Shown piece after piece: positions 12,679 to 22,871 of a stretch of DNA of 64,000 bases (positions are counted from its first letter, which is position 1; each line of letters opens with the position of its first letter). The position numbers and the translations under genes were made by a program. Source of the stretch: Alphaproteobacteria bacterium (GTDB taxonomy: Bacteria; Pseudomonadota; Alphaproteobacteria; CALKHQ01); the NCBI GenBank assembly GCA_965227515.1, contig CBDDFZ010000001.1, forward strand, positions 128,001 through 192,000, read 5' to 3'. Under the pieces are notes generated by a model. That model saw only the letters and a list, made by a program, of their open reading frames with translations, did not search any database and was not told where the DNA came from.

Positions 12679-14745
12679 TCAATTCATCCCGGCGAACGTC
12701 CCGCCCTTGGCCACCAGGTCGCGCAGCAGCGGGCTGATCGGCCACATCGCCGGTTCCTGTTCGGCGAAGCGCTCCAGATTGGCCAGGATCGACGGCAGGC
12801 CGATCTGGTCTGCCGTCCACATCAGCCCGCCGCGCCAGCGCGGGAAGCCGTAGCCGAACACCTCGACCAAGTCGATGTCGACCGGGCGGCGGGCGATGCC
12901 CTCGGCCAGGATGTCGGCGGCCTCGTTGATCATTGCGGCCAGCACCCGGGTGCGGATTTTCTCGTGGCTGAACGGGTGGCGGTCGACGCCGGCGCGCGCC
13001 GCCTCGTCCATCACCAGGAGCTCGATCTCCGGGTCCGGCTGCCCCACGCCATCCTCGCCATAGACGTACCAGCCCTTGCCGGTCTTGCGCCCGAGGCGGC
13101 CCATCTCGCACACCTTGTCGGCGATGGGCACATAGCGGCGCGCCGGGTCGCGGGTCGGCGCCAGCCGCTGGCGGTTGGCATAGGAGATGTCGAGCCCGCT
13201 CAGATCCTGGGTCTGATAGACCCCCATGGCGAAACCGAACTCGACCATCGCGGCGTCGATCTGCCAGGGGAGCGCACCGTCGATCAGGATGGTGTCGGCG
13301 ACCTCGCGGTAGCGCGCCAGGATGCGGTTGCCGATGAAGCCGTCGCAGACGCCCGCAATCACCGGCACCTTGCCGAGGCGGGCGGCGAGTGCCAGACCTG
13401 TCGCCAGCGTATCGGCCGAAGTCATATCGCCGCGCACGATCTCCAGCAGTTTCATGATGTGGGCCGGACTGAAAAAGTGCAGCCCCAGCACCTCGGCCGG
13501 GCGGCCGGTGCCGGCGGCAAGGCGGTTGACGTCGAGGTACGAAGTGTTGGTGGCCAGCACCGCGCCAGCCGGCAGCACCGCGTCCAACGCGGCGAATACC
13601 TGCGCCTTCAAGTCCATGTCCTCGAACACCGCCTCGATGGCGAGATCGGCGGACCCGGCGGCGCCATAGTCGCTGGACCAGGCGATGGCGGACTGGCGCT
13701 CGCGCGCCGCCTCCGCGTCCATCAGGCCGCGCTTGACCGCCGCGTCATAGAGCCGGGCGATATTGGCTCGTCCGCGCGCGATGCCGGTTGCGTCGGCCTC
13801 GATCACCGTGACGGCGATGCCGGCCTGGGCGAGCGCATAGGCGATCCCGGCGCCCATGGTGCCGCTGCCGACCACGGCAGCGGATGCGATCTCGCGCGCG
13901 GTGCCCTCGCTGGCCTCCGGCGCTCGGCGGGCGGCACGCTCGGCGAAGAATATGTGGCGAAGCGCCTTGGCCTGCGGGCCGGCGCGCAGTTCCAAGAAGG
14001 TCTCGCGCTCCTGGCGCGCGCCATCCTCGAAGTCGGTCGACGTGGCCAGTTGCACCAGCCGGATGGCGTGCTCCGGCGCGATCTGGCCGCGCATACGCTT
14101 GGCAACAATCGCCTGCGCGTCGGCCAGCGCGGCCTCGTCCAGTTCAGGCGACGGACGTTCCGACAGCGGGTCAGGCGGCGTGCCGGCCAGCCCTCGCGCG
14201 GCGGCGATGGCGGCGGTCACAGGATCGTCCTCGATGGCATCGACGATGCCGAGCGCCAGCGCCGTGTCGGCCTTCACCGCCTTACCCTGGGAGATCAGAT
14301 CGAGCGCGGCGGCGAAACCGATCAGTCGCGGCAGGCGCTGGGTGCCGCCGGCGCCCGGCACCACGCCCAGCGTCACCTCCGGCAGGCCAATCATGGCGCG
14401 CGGGCCGGCGATGCGCTGCCGGCAGCCGAGCGCCAGCTCGCAGCCGCCCCCCAGTGCGGCCCCGTTGATCGCCGCCACCCACGGCTTGGCCGACGCTTCG
14501 ATGGCGTTGACCGCGTCCGGCAGGTGCGGCGGCATCGGCGGCGCATCGAACTCGCGGGTATCGGCCCCGGCGATGAAAGTCTTGCCCGCACCGGTCAGCA
14601 CCGCGCCGACGACGGCATCGTCGTCGGCCACTTGCGCGACCGCGGCCAGCAGCCCCTCGCGCTCGGCCTTGCCGATGGCGTTGACCGGTGGCGCATCGAC
14701 GGTGACGACGGCGACGTCGCCCTGGTTCTGTACTGTGACGGGCAT
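12679..14745 (-). CDS. Bifunctional enoyl-CoA hydratase / 3-hydroxyacyl-CoA dehydrogenase (FadB/PimF-like)
   Basis: GGGCELA, PEVTLGVVPGAGGTQRLPRL, GSGTMGAG, NTSYL, HFFSPA, GFIGNR. Confidence 0.93.
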   Translation of the reverse strand: MPVTVQNQGDVAVVTVDAPPVNAIGKAEREGLLAAVAQVADDDAVVGAVLTGAGKTFIAGADTREFDAPPMPPHLPDAVNAIEASAKPWVAAINGAALGGGCELALGCRQRIAGPRAMIGLPEVTLGVVPGAGGTQRLPRLIGFAAALDLISQGKAVKADTALALGIVDAIEDDPVTAAIAAARGLAGTPPDPLSERPSPELDEAALADAQAIVAKRMRGQIAPEHAIRLVQLATSTDFEDGARQERETFLELRAGPQAKALRHIFFAERAARRAPEASEGTAREIASAAVVGSGTMGAGIAYALAQAGIAVTVIEADATGIARGRANIARLYDAAVKRGLMDAEAARERQSAIAWSSDYGAAGSADLAIEAVFEDMDLKAQVFAALDAVLPAGAVLATNTSYLDVNRLAAGTGRPAEVLGLHFFSPAHIMKLLEIVRGDMTSADTLATGLALAARLGKVPVIAGVCDGFIGNRILARYREVADTILIDGALPWQIDAAMVEFGFAMGVYQTQDLSGLDISYANRQRLAPTRDPARRYVPIADKVCEMGRLGRKTGKGWYVYGEDGVGQPDPEIELLVMDEAARAGVDRHPFSHEKIRTRVLAAMINEAADILAEGIARRPVDIDLVEVFGYGFPRWRGGLMWTADQIGLPSILANLERFAEQEPAMWPISPLLRDLVAKGGTFAGMN

Positions 14746-14827
14746 TTCGGTCGGGGTTCGAGCTAGCGGGTTGATTTGACCGACAACACCCTAGCCGCGT
14801 GTCGCGTCCCGATACAGCGTCTATGCG

Positions 14828-15727
14828 CTACTCGATCAGCGATGGGTCGTCACGCCAGTCCCTCTCAAGCTCAACGGCGATGGCTAATTCGCTTGCTGAG
14901 AGAAGTTCCTGCACGGACGCCTGATCAAGATAATTGTTCGACAGTCCAAACAAGGCATACGCTTTCACCAGGTCTGCTCCAACCTCCGTTCCGTCAATGT
15001 AGATTCGGCCAAGTCGATATTGCGCCCCCGCATCGCCTTGCCGAGCCGCGAGTAGATACCAAGCGGCAGCTTCCGAAATATCCGGCGCAGTGCCCTGGCC
15101 GGCCTCATGCATCAGGCCAAGATTGTATTGCGCGAACATATAGCCTTGGTCCGCTGCCAGGCGATACAACCTGATGGCCATACCGAAGTCTTGCTCGACG
15201 CCAAGACCCTCAGCATACAGTTGAGCCAAGTTGCTCTGAGCTTGGGCCATCCCTTGTTCAGCGGCCTGCTGCAACCAACGCGCAGACTCCAAATAGTCCT
15301 GCGGAACGCCGCGTCCCAAATAATACATAACGCCAAGACTATATTGTGCGCTTGCCAAGCCTTGCTCCGCCGCCAACTGAAACCATTCGGCAGCCAGCTC
15401 AAGGTCCAGTTCTACCCCGATGCCTCTTTCGTACATCGACCCCAGAGCGGCTTGCGAAATGGCGTCACCCTGTGCGGCAGCCAGACTGTACCAACTGGCA
15501 GCCTCGAGGAAATCTTGCTGGACACCAAGTCCCATTCGATAGAAATAGCCCAGATTGTACTGGGCCAATACATCGCCCTGCTCCGCAAGCGGGCGCAAAT
15601 GTTCGGCTGCGGTTTCGTAGTCACCCGCCTGGTATGCAGCGATGGCCTCCTCCATGCCGGCGTCCGCGTGGTGGGGGTGAGATCCCATCAGAAAGGAGGC
15701 AACAAATATTGCTAATGCCTTTCGCAT
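14828..15727 (-). CDS. Sel1-like repeat (TPR) secreted protein
   Basis: Signal peptide; repeated AQYNLG...G.GV.QD...A..W...AA.QG units; visibly lower GC than neighbours. Confidence 0.9.
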   Translation of the reverse strand: MRKALAIFVASFLMGSHPHHADAGMEEAIAAYQAGDYETAAEHLRPLAEQGDVLAQYNLGYFYRMGLGVQQDFLEAASWYSLAAAQGDAISQAALGSMYERGIGVELDLELAAEWFQLAAEQGLASAQYSLGVMYYLGRGVPQDYLESARWLQQAAEQGMAQAQSNLAQLYAEGLGVEQDFGMAIRLYRLAADQGYMFAQYNLGLMHEAGQGTAPDISEAAAWYLLAARQGDAGAQYRLGRIYIDGTEVGADLVKAYALFGLSNNYLDQASVQELLSASELAIAVELERDWRDDPSLIE

Positions 15728-16041
15728 TGCTTTCGATCCCGCGAATCGTTCCTTGACCTAACTCGGGTGCGGCGGGAGAGTCAGCGAGACTTGCCGCTTA
15801 TTCGCGTTTGCAATACTGGCTTGTTTTGGCGCCAATTTTGAGTGGGCGGTCTCCAGATTGCTGACCATTGTTGATAAGAGTCCCATCGCTTGGTTCAATT
15901 GGCAAGCCGTTCAACGCGCATGCGTCGGGCAGAAGGGCCACTTGGGGTTGAGGGCTACAAACAGCCAGTGATGAAATGTGTTGGCGAGACCGCGACGAGC
16001 GATCCCGCCCGGCATTTTGCGCGGCTTACGCGGAGGCAGTC

Positions 16042-17229
16042 ATGAACAGGGTTGCCCGTTGGTCCATCGCTGCCGTCCTTGTTCTTGCTTTCGCTTCCGG
16101 CGCACACACCCTGGCCGCGCCACCGCCGGTGGCCGACGAGGACGTGATCCGGCGCATCGTAGAGGACCGCGGCGTCGATGCCGACTGGATCGCGTCGGTG
16201 GCTCGTGGTCAGTTGACGCCCGCCATCGTGGCGGCGGCGGTTGGCCGCGTGGCGGCGGACGCGGGCGCGCTGGAGGTCGTGGCACGCCAGGGCGACGGCT
16301 GGCGTCTTCGCTTCGAGAACGGCACGTCCAGCATGTTTCTGCTGCGCGACGAGGATGGGCTCATCACCGGCCTGTTCATCACGGAACTGGTGCCTGAGGA
16401 CACGAGCGTTGAGCAGCCACTGGCTGCGCTTGCTGAGTTGCCAGGCGAGACGGCGCTGATCGTAACTGCGGGCGACCAAGTGTTGGCGGCACACAATGCC
16501 GACAAGCCCCTGCTGGTCGCCTCGGCGTTCAAACTGGCGGTGCTGCTGGCCGTCCGGCGGTCGGTGGACGCCGGCACGCTGGCATGGGACCAGGTGGTGC
16601 GCTACGACGCCGCCGACGCCTCGGCCGGGTCCGGGCAACTACGTGGCTATCCCGACGGCCACCCGATCACCGTCGCCAGCCTGGCCGCGATGATGATTTC
16701 GCTCAGCGACAACACCGCCACCGACGTGCTGATCGATCTGGTCGGCCGCCGCGAGGTGGAAGCGGCCGGCGGCCCTGCACCGCTGACGACGACGGGGGAA
16801 TACTTCAAGCTGAAGGCCGATGCCGACCTGCAGCAGCGCTATCTCGACGCGACGCCCGAGGAACGCACGGCAATATTGGAAGGTCTCAGCGACGCTCCAC
16901 TGCCGGGCGTCGGCGACTACGCCAACGGACGCACGGCGCACGGCTGGCGGCTGTCGGTCAGCACCTTGTGCGAACTCATGACCGCCGTCGCCGACCTGGA
17001 CCTGATGACCATCAATCCGGGTGCCGCTATCCGCGAGGACTGGGCCCGCATTGCGTTCAAGGGCGGCAACGACTTCGGCATCACCAATCTGACGTACATG
17101 CTGCGCCCATTGGACGGCGGGCCGCCGTTTTGTATCTCGATGACCTGGAACGAGGCAGATCACTACGACGATGCGGGCTTCGCGCTAATCGCCACCCGCA
17201 TCTTCAACGTGCTGCGGGAAATCTACTGA
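16042..17229 (+). CDS. Secreted serine hydrolase, class A beta-lactamase-like fold
   Basis: Signal peptide; SxxK (SAFK), SDN (LSDNTATD), FKGG in place of KTG; GGAGG RBS. Confidence 0.8.
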   Translation: MNRVARWSIAAVLVLAFASGAHTLAAPPPVADEDVIRRIVEDRGVDADWIASVARGQLTPAIVAAAVGRVAADAGALEVVARQGDGWRLRFENGTSSMFLLRDEDGLITGLFITELVPEDTSVEQPLAALAELPGETALIVTAGDQVLAAHNADKPLLVASAFKLAVLLAVRRSVDAGTLAWDQVVRYDAADASAGSGQLRGYPDGHPITVASLAAMMISLSDNTATDVLIDLVGRREVEAAGGPAPLTTTGEYFKLKADADLQQRYLDATPEERTAILEGLSDAPLPGVGDYANGRTAHGWRLSVSTLCELMTAVADLDLMTINPGAAIREDWARIAFKGGNDFGITNLTYMLRPLDGGPPFCISMTWNEADHYDDAGFALIATRIFNVLREIY

Positions 17230-17237
17230 GGCAGCAC

Positions 17238-18689
17238 TCAGGCAGCCGCCAGCTTCACGTACTCGAAGTCGCCGGGCTTGTTGTCGATGCCTGATTTGGG
17301 CGGGGCGATCCAGCCGGCGTACTTGCCCGGCGTGTACTCCGGCACCATCAGCGACTGGATGAATGCGCCGTCGTCGGCGGTCGGCAGCCAGTCGTCGCGC
17401 CGGGCCGCCCAATCGTCGGCCGTCATCACCGTGCCGTCGGGCGCCACATGCGCCCCGGAGAAGGCGCCGATCTGGCGGTAGAACGCCTCGTGCGGCAGGG
17501 TGAACTCGAACGCCACACCTGCCTTGGCAACGATGGTGTTCCAGCGCCTGACGCCGGACATGCAGTCACTGACGTAATCGTCGCGCAGCCGCATGTTGAT
17601 TGCCGACAGGGCGGGCGCGTCCTCATGGACGATCCGGCCATTGCTGAGACCGGCCACCCGGTAGGTGGCCTCGGTCAGCTTGTGGTCGTCGTCGATGCGG
17701 GTCTCGCGGAAGCGGCCCTTGATGCCGGCGTTGTAGGCGTTGGCGGCGTTGGTCGAGACCTCGGCCCCGAACAGGTCCAGCGACAGCGCGTAGTGGAGAT
17801 TGAGTTTCTTCTGGATCGTCGGCAGGTCGATGACGCCCAGGTTGCGGATGCGCGCGACGTCGCGCGGGTCGTCGATGCCGGCCTCGGTCATCGCCTCGCA
17901 GGTGCGCCGGATCGTCCGCCCGATGCCGGTATCACCGACGAACATATGGTGCGCCTCTTCGGTCAGCATGAAGCGGCAGGTGCGGCTCAGCGGGTCGAAG
18001 CCCGACTGGGCGAGGCTTTCCAGTTGCATCTTGCCGTCGCGGTCGGTGAAGAAGGTGAACATGAAGAACGACAGCCAGTCGGGCGTCGCCTCGTTGAACG
18101 CGCCCAGCATGCGCGGCGCCTCGGGCGAGCCGGAATGGCGGTGCAGCAGGCCGTTCGCCTCCTCCCGCCCATCGGCGCCGAAATACTTCTGCAGCAGGTA
18201 GACCATCGCCCACAGATGGCGGCCTTCCTCGACATTGACCTGGAACAGGTTGCGCAGGTCATAGAGCGACGGCGCGGTCGCGCCGAGATGGCGCTGCTGC
18301 TCCACCGATGCCGGCTCGGTGTCGCCCTGGATCACGATCAGCCGGCGCAGCATGGCGCGGTATTCGCCCGGCACTTCCTGCCAGGCCGGCTGTCCCTTGT
18401 GCTCGCCGAAATTGATCGTGCGGCCTTCCTCCGGCGGCGCCAGCAGGACGCCCCAGCGGTATTCCGGCATGCGGACATAGCCGAACTGGGCCCAGCCCTC
18501 GCGCTCCACGCTGACGGCGGTGCGCAGATAGACTTGCGCGTCCTGAAAGCCGGCCGGGCCGAACTCCTGCCACCAGTCGAGATAGCCGGGATGCCAGCGT
18601 TCCAGCCCGCGCAGCACCCGCCGGTCGTCGGCAAGCCCGACATTGTTCGGGATCAGCGTGTCGTAGTCGACGGCGAGCGAGCCGGTCAT
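17238..18689 (-). CDS. boxB: Benzoyl-CoA 2,3-epoxidase subunit B
   Basis: IPNNVGL, QGDTEPASVEQQ, VNVEEGRHLWAM and TEEAHHMFVG diiron motifs; GGAGG RBS. Confidence 0.95.
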   Translation of the reverse strand: MTGSLAVDYDTLIPNNVGLADDRRVLRGLERWHPGYLDWWQEFGPAGFQDAQVYLRTAVSVEREGWAQFGYVRMPEYRWGVLLAPPEEGRTINFGEHKGQPAWQEVPGEYRAMLRRLIVIQGDTEPASVEQQRHLGATAPSLYDLRNLFQVNVEEGRHLWAMVYLLQKYFGADGREEANGLLHRHSGSPEAPRMLGAFNEATPDWLSFFMFTFFTDRDGKMQLESLAQSGFDPLSRTCRFMLTEEAHHMFVGDTGIGRTIRRTCEAMTEAGIDDPRDVARIRNLGVIDLPTIQKKLNLHYALSLDLFGAEVSTNAANAYNAGIKGRFRETRIDDDHKLTEATYRVAGLSNGRIVHEDAPALSAINMRLRDDYVSDCMSGVRRWNTIVAKAGVAFEFTLPHEAFYRQIGAFSGAHVAPDGTVMTADDWAARRDDWLPTADDGAFIQSLMVPEYTPGKYAGWIAPPKSGIDNKPGDFEYVKLAAA

Positions 18690-18804
18690 GGCGGCCTCCG
18701 GGTGCTGACAAACGAGTATCTACTACCTGGCCAGCATACCCCGGAACCGCCCCGGTTTCAGCGCCGCGCGCGCCGATGCCGCACCATCGTGCGGACAGCG
18801 GAAC

Positions 18805-19365
18805 TCACCACGGCAGCTCCCAGGAGATCCGGCGGTTGGCCTGGTTGGGAACCTCGTCCTCCGTCGGGATCACGAGTTCGGTCTCGCCGCGGCCCTCAAC
18901 GTCGATGACGGCGGGGTCGATGCCCTGTGCGACCATCGCGTCACGCACCTCGCCGGCAACCTGCAGCGACAGCGCCATGTTGTCTTCGGCACTGCCGACC
19001 GTGTCAGTGTGCCCGATCAGCTTGACGCCACCGGCCAATATGATCGAGCAGAAGAGGTCCTCAACCATATTGCTGGTCAGCTGGTTCATGACCGGCTCGC
19101 CGCGATTGTACAGGAACGGAGCCCACTCAATGAAAACCCCGTCAAGTGCGGGCCAGCCTGCGGTTTCCTGGTCGATGCACCATTGGACATGCTCCGGATC
19201 GGCGAGGTCGGTGTACCCGGACGCCCGCACCTCTTCGGGCGCGGTGGTGTCGGCCTGCGGCCCCGCCGCCCCGCTGTCGACCGGTGTCGCCGTCGACCCG
19301 GCACACGCCGCCAGCACCAGCGCGCCAGAGCACAAAAAGCTGACGTTCAGAATTGTTGAGCGCAT
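18805..19365 (-). CDS. OmpA-family lipoprotein
   Basis: Lipobox LAAC; GHTDTVGS...NMALS...GRGE...NRR. Confidence 0.8.
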   Translation of the reverse strand: MRSTILNVSFLCSGALVLAACAGSTATPVDSGAAGPQADTTAPEEVRASGYTDLADPEHVQWCIDQETAGWPALDGVFIEWAPFLYNRGEPVMNQLTSNMVEDLFCSIILAGGVKLIGHTDTVGSAEDNMALSLQVAGEVRDAMVAQGIDPAVIDVEGRGETELVIPTEDEVPNQANRRISWELPW

Positions 19366-19445
19366 GATCCACCTTCAAATCCGTTTGTTACCCCCAGCAT
19401 TAGGTCGCCACAGGCCGCAAACGGTTCATTTGAGGCCACCGCACG

Positions 19446-19682
19446 CTACGGAGATCGGGAGAACACGAACCATTCGCCGTCATATTCTATCCGAAAGGCG
19501 TTGCGGCCCTCGCCGACGAATTCGAAGTCCCAGTCGGACACGCGACTGCCCGCGCGCAGGAAAGCTGCCGTCCAGATCGGCGTTTCGGCGGCGTTGGACT
19601 CCGTCACCGACCAGTTGCCGAGAGCTTCACGGTCGTACGCATGTCTTCCCCCGCTCGTTGACGTCGTCCTTTTCTTGCCCAT
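19446..19682 (-). CDS. Small hypothetical protein (78 aa)
   Basis: Fills the gap between OmpA and oxidoreductase genes; protein-like composition; no motif recognised. Confidence 0.35.
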   Translation of the reverse strand: MGKKRTTSTSGGRHAYDREALGNWSVTESNAAETPIWTAAFLRAGSRVSDWDFEFVGEGRNAFRIEYDGEWFVFSRSP

Positions 19683-19819
19683 TGCGCCACATCGCGGTGG
19701 GGATTGCCAGCCGCACCGTCACGACGAGGGCTAGCGGACGCGCAGCGAAAAGACTCCTCGACCGACTGCGACGAGCGTAACCTGCCCGTTCGAGACCATC
19801 GGCAGTCTCGGAGAGCGTC

Positions 19820-21052
19820 ATGAACGTTCGTGCAGTCGATCTCGACGTCGCCGTCATCGGTGCGGGTTGGGCAGGACTCGGCGTGAGCTATGCGCTTCAG
19901 CAGGCCGGCTTGCGCCATGTCGTCTTCGAGCGTCATCGCATCTGCGAGACCTGGCGCACCCAGCGCTGGTCAACGTTCCGGATGAACACCCCTAACGTCC
20001 TGTCCGTGCTGCCCGGCGACCGTTACGACGGCGACGACCCGGAAGGCTACATGACGTGCGATGCCTTCGTGGCAATGGTGGAAGGCTATGCGAGGCGGCA
20101 TCGTCTTCCGGTTCAAGAAGGCAACGCTATCGCCGAGGTGCGGCCGCTGGGAGACCGCTTCAAGGTGGTGACGGCGGCCGATGAAGTCGTCGCGGGATCG
20201 GTGGTGGTGGCAACCGGCAACCTGAACGTCCCCCGCCGACCGGGCCTGGCAGCAAAGTTGCCGGACACCGTCACCCAGATCGACGGGTCCGACTACCGCA
20301 ACGTGGCCGCGCTGGCCGATGGCGCGGTCCTGGTGGTGGGATGCGGCAACTCAGGCGGCCAGATCGCGGAGGACATCGCGCTTGGCGGCCGGCGCGTGTA
20401 CCTCTCGACGGGCCGCAACGGCCGCGTGCCCAGAACCCACAGGAATCGCGACATTTTCCTTTGGCTGACCGACACCGGGCGGATGGCCAAGCCGCGCGAG
20501 ACCGCGTCCGGCCGGGGCCTGATCGGGGCCACCCACACGATCAGCCTGCAATCGCTGAGCGCCACAGGCGTCACGATGCTCGGCCGCCTGGACGGTGCGA
20601 CGGAAGATGGGACGCTGACCTTCGCCGATACGCTGGCGGAGAGCGCAGCCTATGGCGACCGGATGTCGGAAGCGCTTCGCCGCGAGATCGACGCCTACAT
20701 CGATGCGGCCGGGATAAGCGCGCCGCCGTCACGGCCCGACCCCGCCGAGACGGTGCCTTCACGATTCCCCGACCCGCCGATCCGCGAGCTCGACCTGTTG
20801 GCCGAGAATGTCACTACGGTGATCTGGTCGACAGGCTTCACCGGCGATTTCAGCTGGCTAAGGGTTCCCGGCGCGACCGATGACAAAGGTCAGCCACTGC
20901 AGCGAAACTGCGTGTCGACGCCCGGCATCTATTTCGCGGGCCTGGACAGCCTGGAGTCGCTGAGGGCGGGTACGGTTCTCGCCGCCGCAGTCGAGGTGGA
21001 GGCCATCGCCAGCCACATCATGGCACATCGCGGCCACGCGCTCGGCCGCTAG
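19820..21052 (+). CDS. FAD/NAD(P)-dependent oxidoreductase, flavin monooxygenase (CzcO-like) family
   Basis: GAGWAG, W.TQRWSTF..NTPN, VATG, VVGCGNSGGQIAE, WSTGF. Confidence 0.85.
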   Translation: MNVRAVDLDVAVIGAGWAGLGVSYALQQAGLRHVVFERHRICETWRTQRWSTFRMNTPNVLSVLPGDRYDGDDPEGYMTCDAFVAMVEGYARRHRLPVQEGNAIAEVRPLGDRFKVVTAADEVVAGSVVVATGNLNVPRRPGLAAKLPDTVTQIDGSDYRNVAALADGAVLVVGCGNSGGQIAEDIALGGRRVYLSTGRNGRVPRTHRNRDIFLWLTDTGRMAKPRETASGRGLIGATHTISLQSLSATGVTMLGRLDGATEDGTLTFADTLAESAAYGDRMSEALRREIDAYIDAAGISAPPSRPDPAETVPSRFPDPPIRELDLLAENVTTVIWSTGFTGDFSWLRVPGATDDKGQPLQRNCVSTPGIYFAGLDSLESLRAGTVLAAAVEVEAIASHIMAHRGHALGR

Positions 21053-21212
21053 TGTGGTGGTTTCGAAGTTCGCCATACAACTGCGGTGGTACCAGCGCGA
21101 ACTTCGAAACCGAAAACCACACTAGAAACAATATTTTGCTAGTGTCCCAATCGAATCTGAAGTTCGATCGAGGCCAGCAGATACTGTTACGAACTTCAGA
21201 TTCGGGACACTA
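21049..21212. mobile_element. Double-hairpin CTAG-bounded element (family A), copy 1
   Basis: Hairpin module CTAGTGTGGT..TTCGAAGTTCG/CGAACTTCGAA..ACCACACTAG (21049-21125) and module CTAGTGTCCC..GAATCTGAAGTTCG/CGAACTTCAGATTCGGGACACTA (21139-21212). Inverted copy at 35530-35695. Confidence 0.85.
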
Positions 21213-22871
21213 CACCCGCTTGCGGTCGAACTGCGGGCGTTGGCCGGTGCCGTACCGCCGGAGCGCGCCGTCCTCGCCGACCGCGTTCGGGCGCTGGAAC
21301 ACCCAGTTCTGCCAGGCGGTCAGCCGCCCGAAGATGCGGGTCGCCATCGTCTCCGGCCCGGCGAAGCGCAAATTGGCCTCCATCGCCGTCATCGCATCGG
21401 GAGAGAAGCTGGCGCGCTCCTCCAGGAAGATGCGCACCTCGTCCTCCCAATCGATGTCGTCATAAGCGAAAGTGACCAGCCCCAGCTTGTCGGCGTCCGC
21501 CGCCTCCAGCGCCTGGCCGATATGTTCCTCCGCCGCGCGCAGCGTCTCCGGCGCGCCGAGAAAGCGTGTCGCCAGCCGGCTGAGGTCGTTGGCCATCGGC
21601 AGCGCGCCGAAGTTCAGCGGCGACAGCGTGAGCGTGGCGACAGGGCGGTTGTCGCCCTCGAACACGCCATCGGCCATGTAGGTGCGGTCGCAGGCGAACG
21701 CGATCTCTGCCAGCAGACCGGCGAAGCAGGAACCCGGTTCGATCAGCGCGACCAGCGAGCGCGATGTCAGGTCGATGCGCTGCAAGACCCGTTTCCACAG
21801 AGCCAGGATCTCATTGGCCAGCCAGTGGCCGCGATTGGCGGTCAGCACGGCTTCGTGCGCCGCGACCAGGGCCGGGTCGCCGGCGGTCTTGAACACCAGC
21901 ACGCCAAGCTCGGTCTCGTTGAAGCGCAGGTGAAGCAGCGCGTCGTCCAGCTCGCGCGCGCAGCGCAGCGTCCAGGCGCCGGCCCCTTCGCGGTGCAACG
22001 CGTCGGCATCTGCGGGGGCCGGGCCGTCCGGCCCGGCGATCTCGATCGTCGCGATGCCGGCCTCGCGGTCGAGCGCGACCGAGACGGTCGAATAGGTGAT
22101 GGCGTCGTCGGAGATGGTGCGCTCGATGGGCGACAGCGCGATACCGCCATTCTCGATACCGCTGGCGGCGGTGCGCCCGCCCGCCATCGCGTCCGCCCGC
22201 GCGGTGACGGCGTCGGCGAACGTCGCGTTCGGCACCAACTCGTCGACAAGTCCCCAGTCCAGCGCCCGCGCACCGCGCACGCCCTCCTCCATGGTCGAGA
22301 ACACGTCGGCCCGGTCGCGCCGCACCTTGCGCTTGTCGGTCACCCGGGTCAGTCCGCCGGTGCCCGGCAGCACCGCCAGCAGCGGCACCTCCGGCAACGC
22401 CACCGAGGACGTGCCGTCGTCGGCCAGCATGATGTGGTCGCAGGCGAGCGCCAACTCATAGCCGCCGCCGGCACATGCCCCCTTCACCGCGCACAGATAG
22501 CGCTGCCCGGAGTCCTTGCCAGCCGTCTCCATCGCCAGCCGGGTCTCGTTGGTGAACTTGCAGAAGTTGACCTTGTGGTCGTGGGCCGCACCCGCCAGCA
22601 TGCGGATGTTGGCGCCGGCACAGAACACCCGGTCCTTGCCCGATTGCAGCACCACCACGTCGACCTCCGGGTGCTCGAAGCGCAAACGCTGGATGGCATC
22701 CGCCAGCTCGATGTCGACACCCAGGTCGTAGGAGTTGAGCTTCAGCGCATAGCCGTCGAACAGGCCAGCTTCCTCGTCCACGTCCATGATCAGGCGCGCG
22801 ACCGCGCCCTCGGTCTCGATCCGCCAATGGCGGTAGTGCTGCGGTTCGGTGCGGAAGTCGATATCGGTCAT
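21210..22871 (-). CDS. boxC: 2,3-epoxybenzoyl-CoA dihydrolase
   Basis: LKLNSYDLGVDIELADA, KVNFCKFTNETR, LPEVPLLAVLPGTGGL, IFGRLTAWQNWVFQRPNA. Confidence 0.95.
   Translation of the reverse strand: MTDIDFRTEPQHYRHWRIETEGAVARLIMDVDEEAGLFDGYALKLNSYDLGVDIELADAIQRLRFEHPEVDVVVLQSGKDRVFCAGANIRMLAGAAHDHKVNFCKFTNETRLAMETAGKDSGQRYLCAVKGACAGGGYELALACDHIMLADDGTSSVALPEVPLLAVLPGTGGLTRVTDKRKVRRDRADVFSTMEEGVRGARALDWGLVDELVPNATFADAVTARADAMAGGRTAASGIENGGIALSPIERTISDDAITYSTVSVALDREAGIATIEIAGPDGPAPADADALHREGAGAWTLRCARELDDALLHLRFNETELGVLVFKTAGDPALVAAHEAVLTANRGHWLANEILALWKRVLQRIDLTSRSLVALIEPGSCFAGLLAEIAFACDRTYMADGVFEGDNRPVATLTLSPLNFGALPMANDLSRLATRFLGAPETLRAAEEHIGQALEAADADKLGLVTFAYDDIDWEDEVRIFLEERASFSPDAMTAMEANLRFAGPETMATRIFGRLTAWQNWVFQRPNAVGEDGALRRYGTGQRPQFDRKRV

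Noticed and set aside
19820-21052. FAD oxidoreductase as a BoxA substitute
   Set aside because: FMO/CzcO-type motifs, no 4Fe-4S Cys clusters or FNR motifs, and opposite strand to the box genes
21049-21212. CRISPR-like repeat/spacer look of the GAAGTTCG arms
   Set aside because: Arms are inverted rather than direct repeats, there are only two modules, and no cas genes are present
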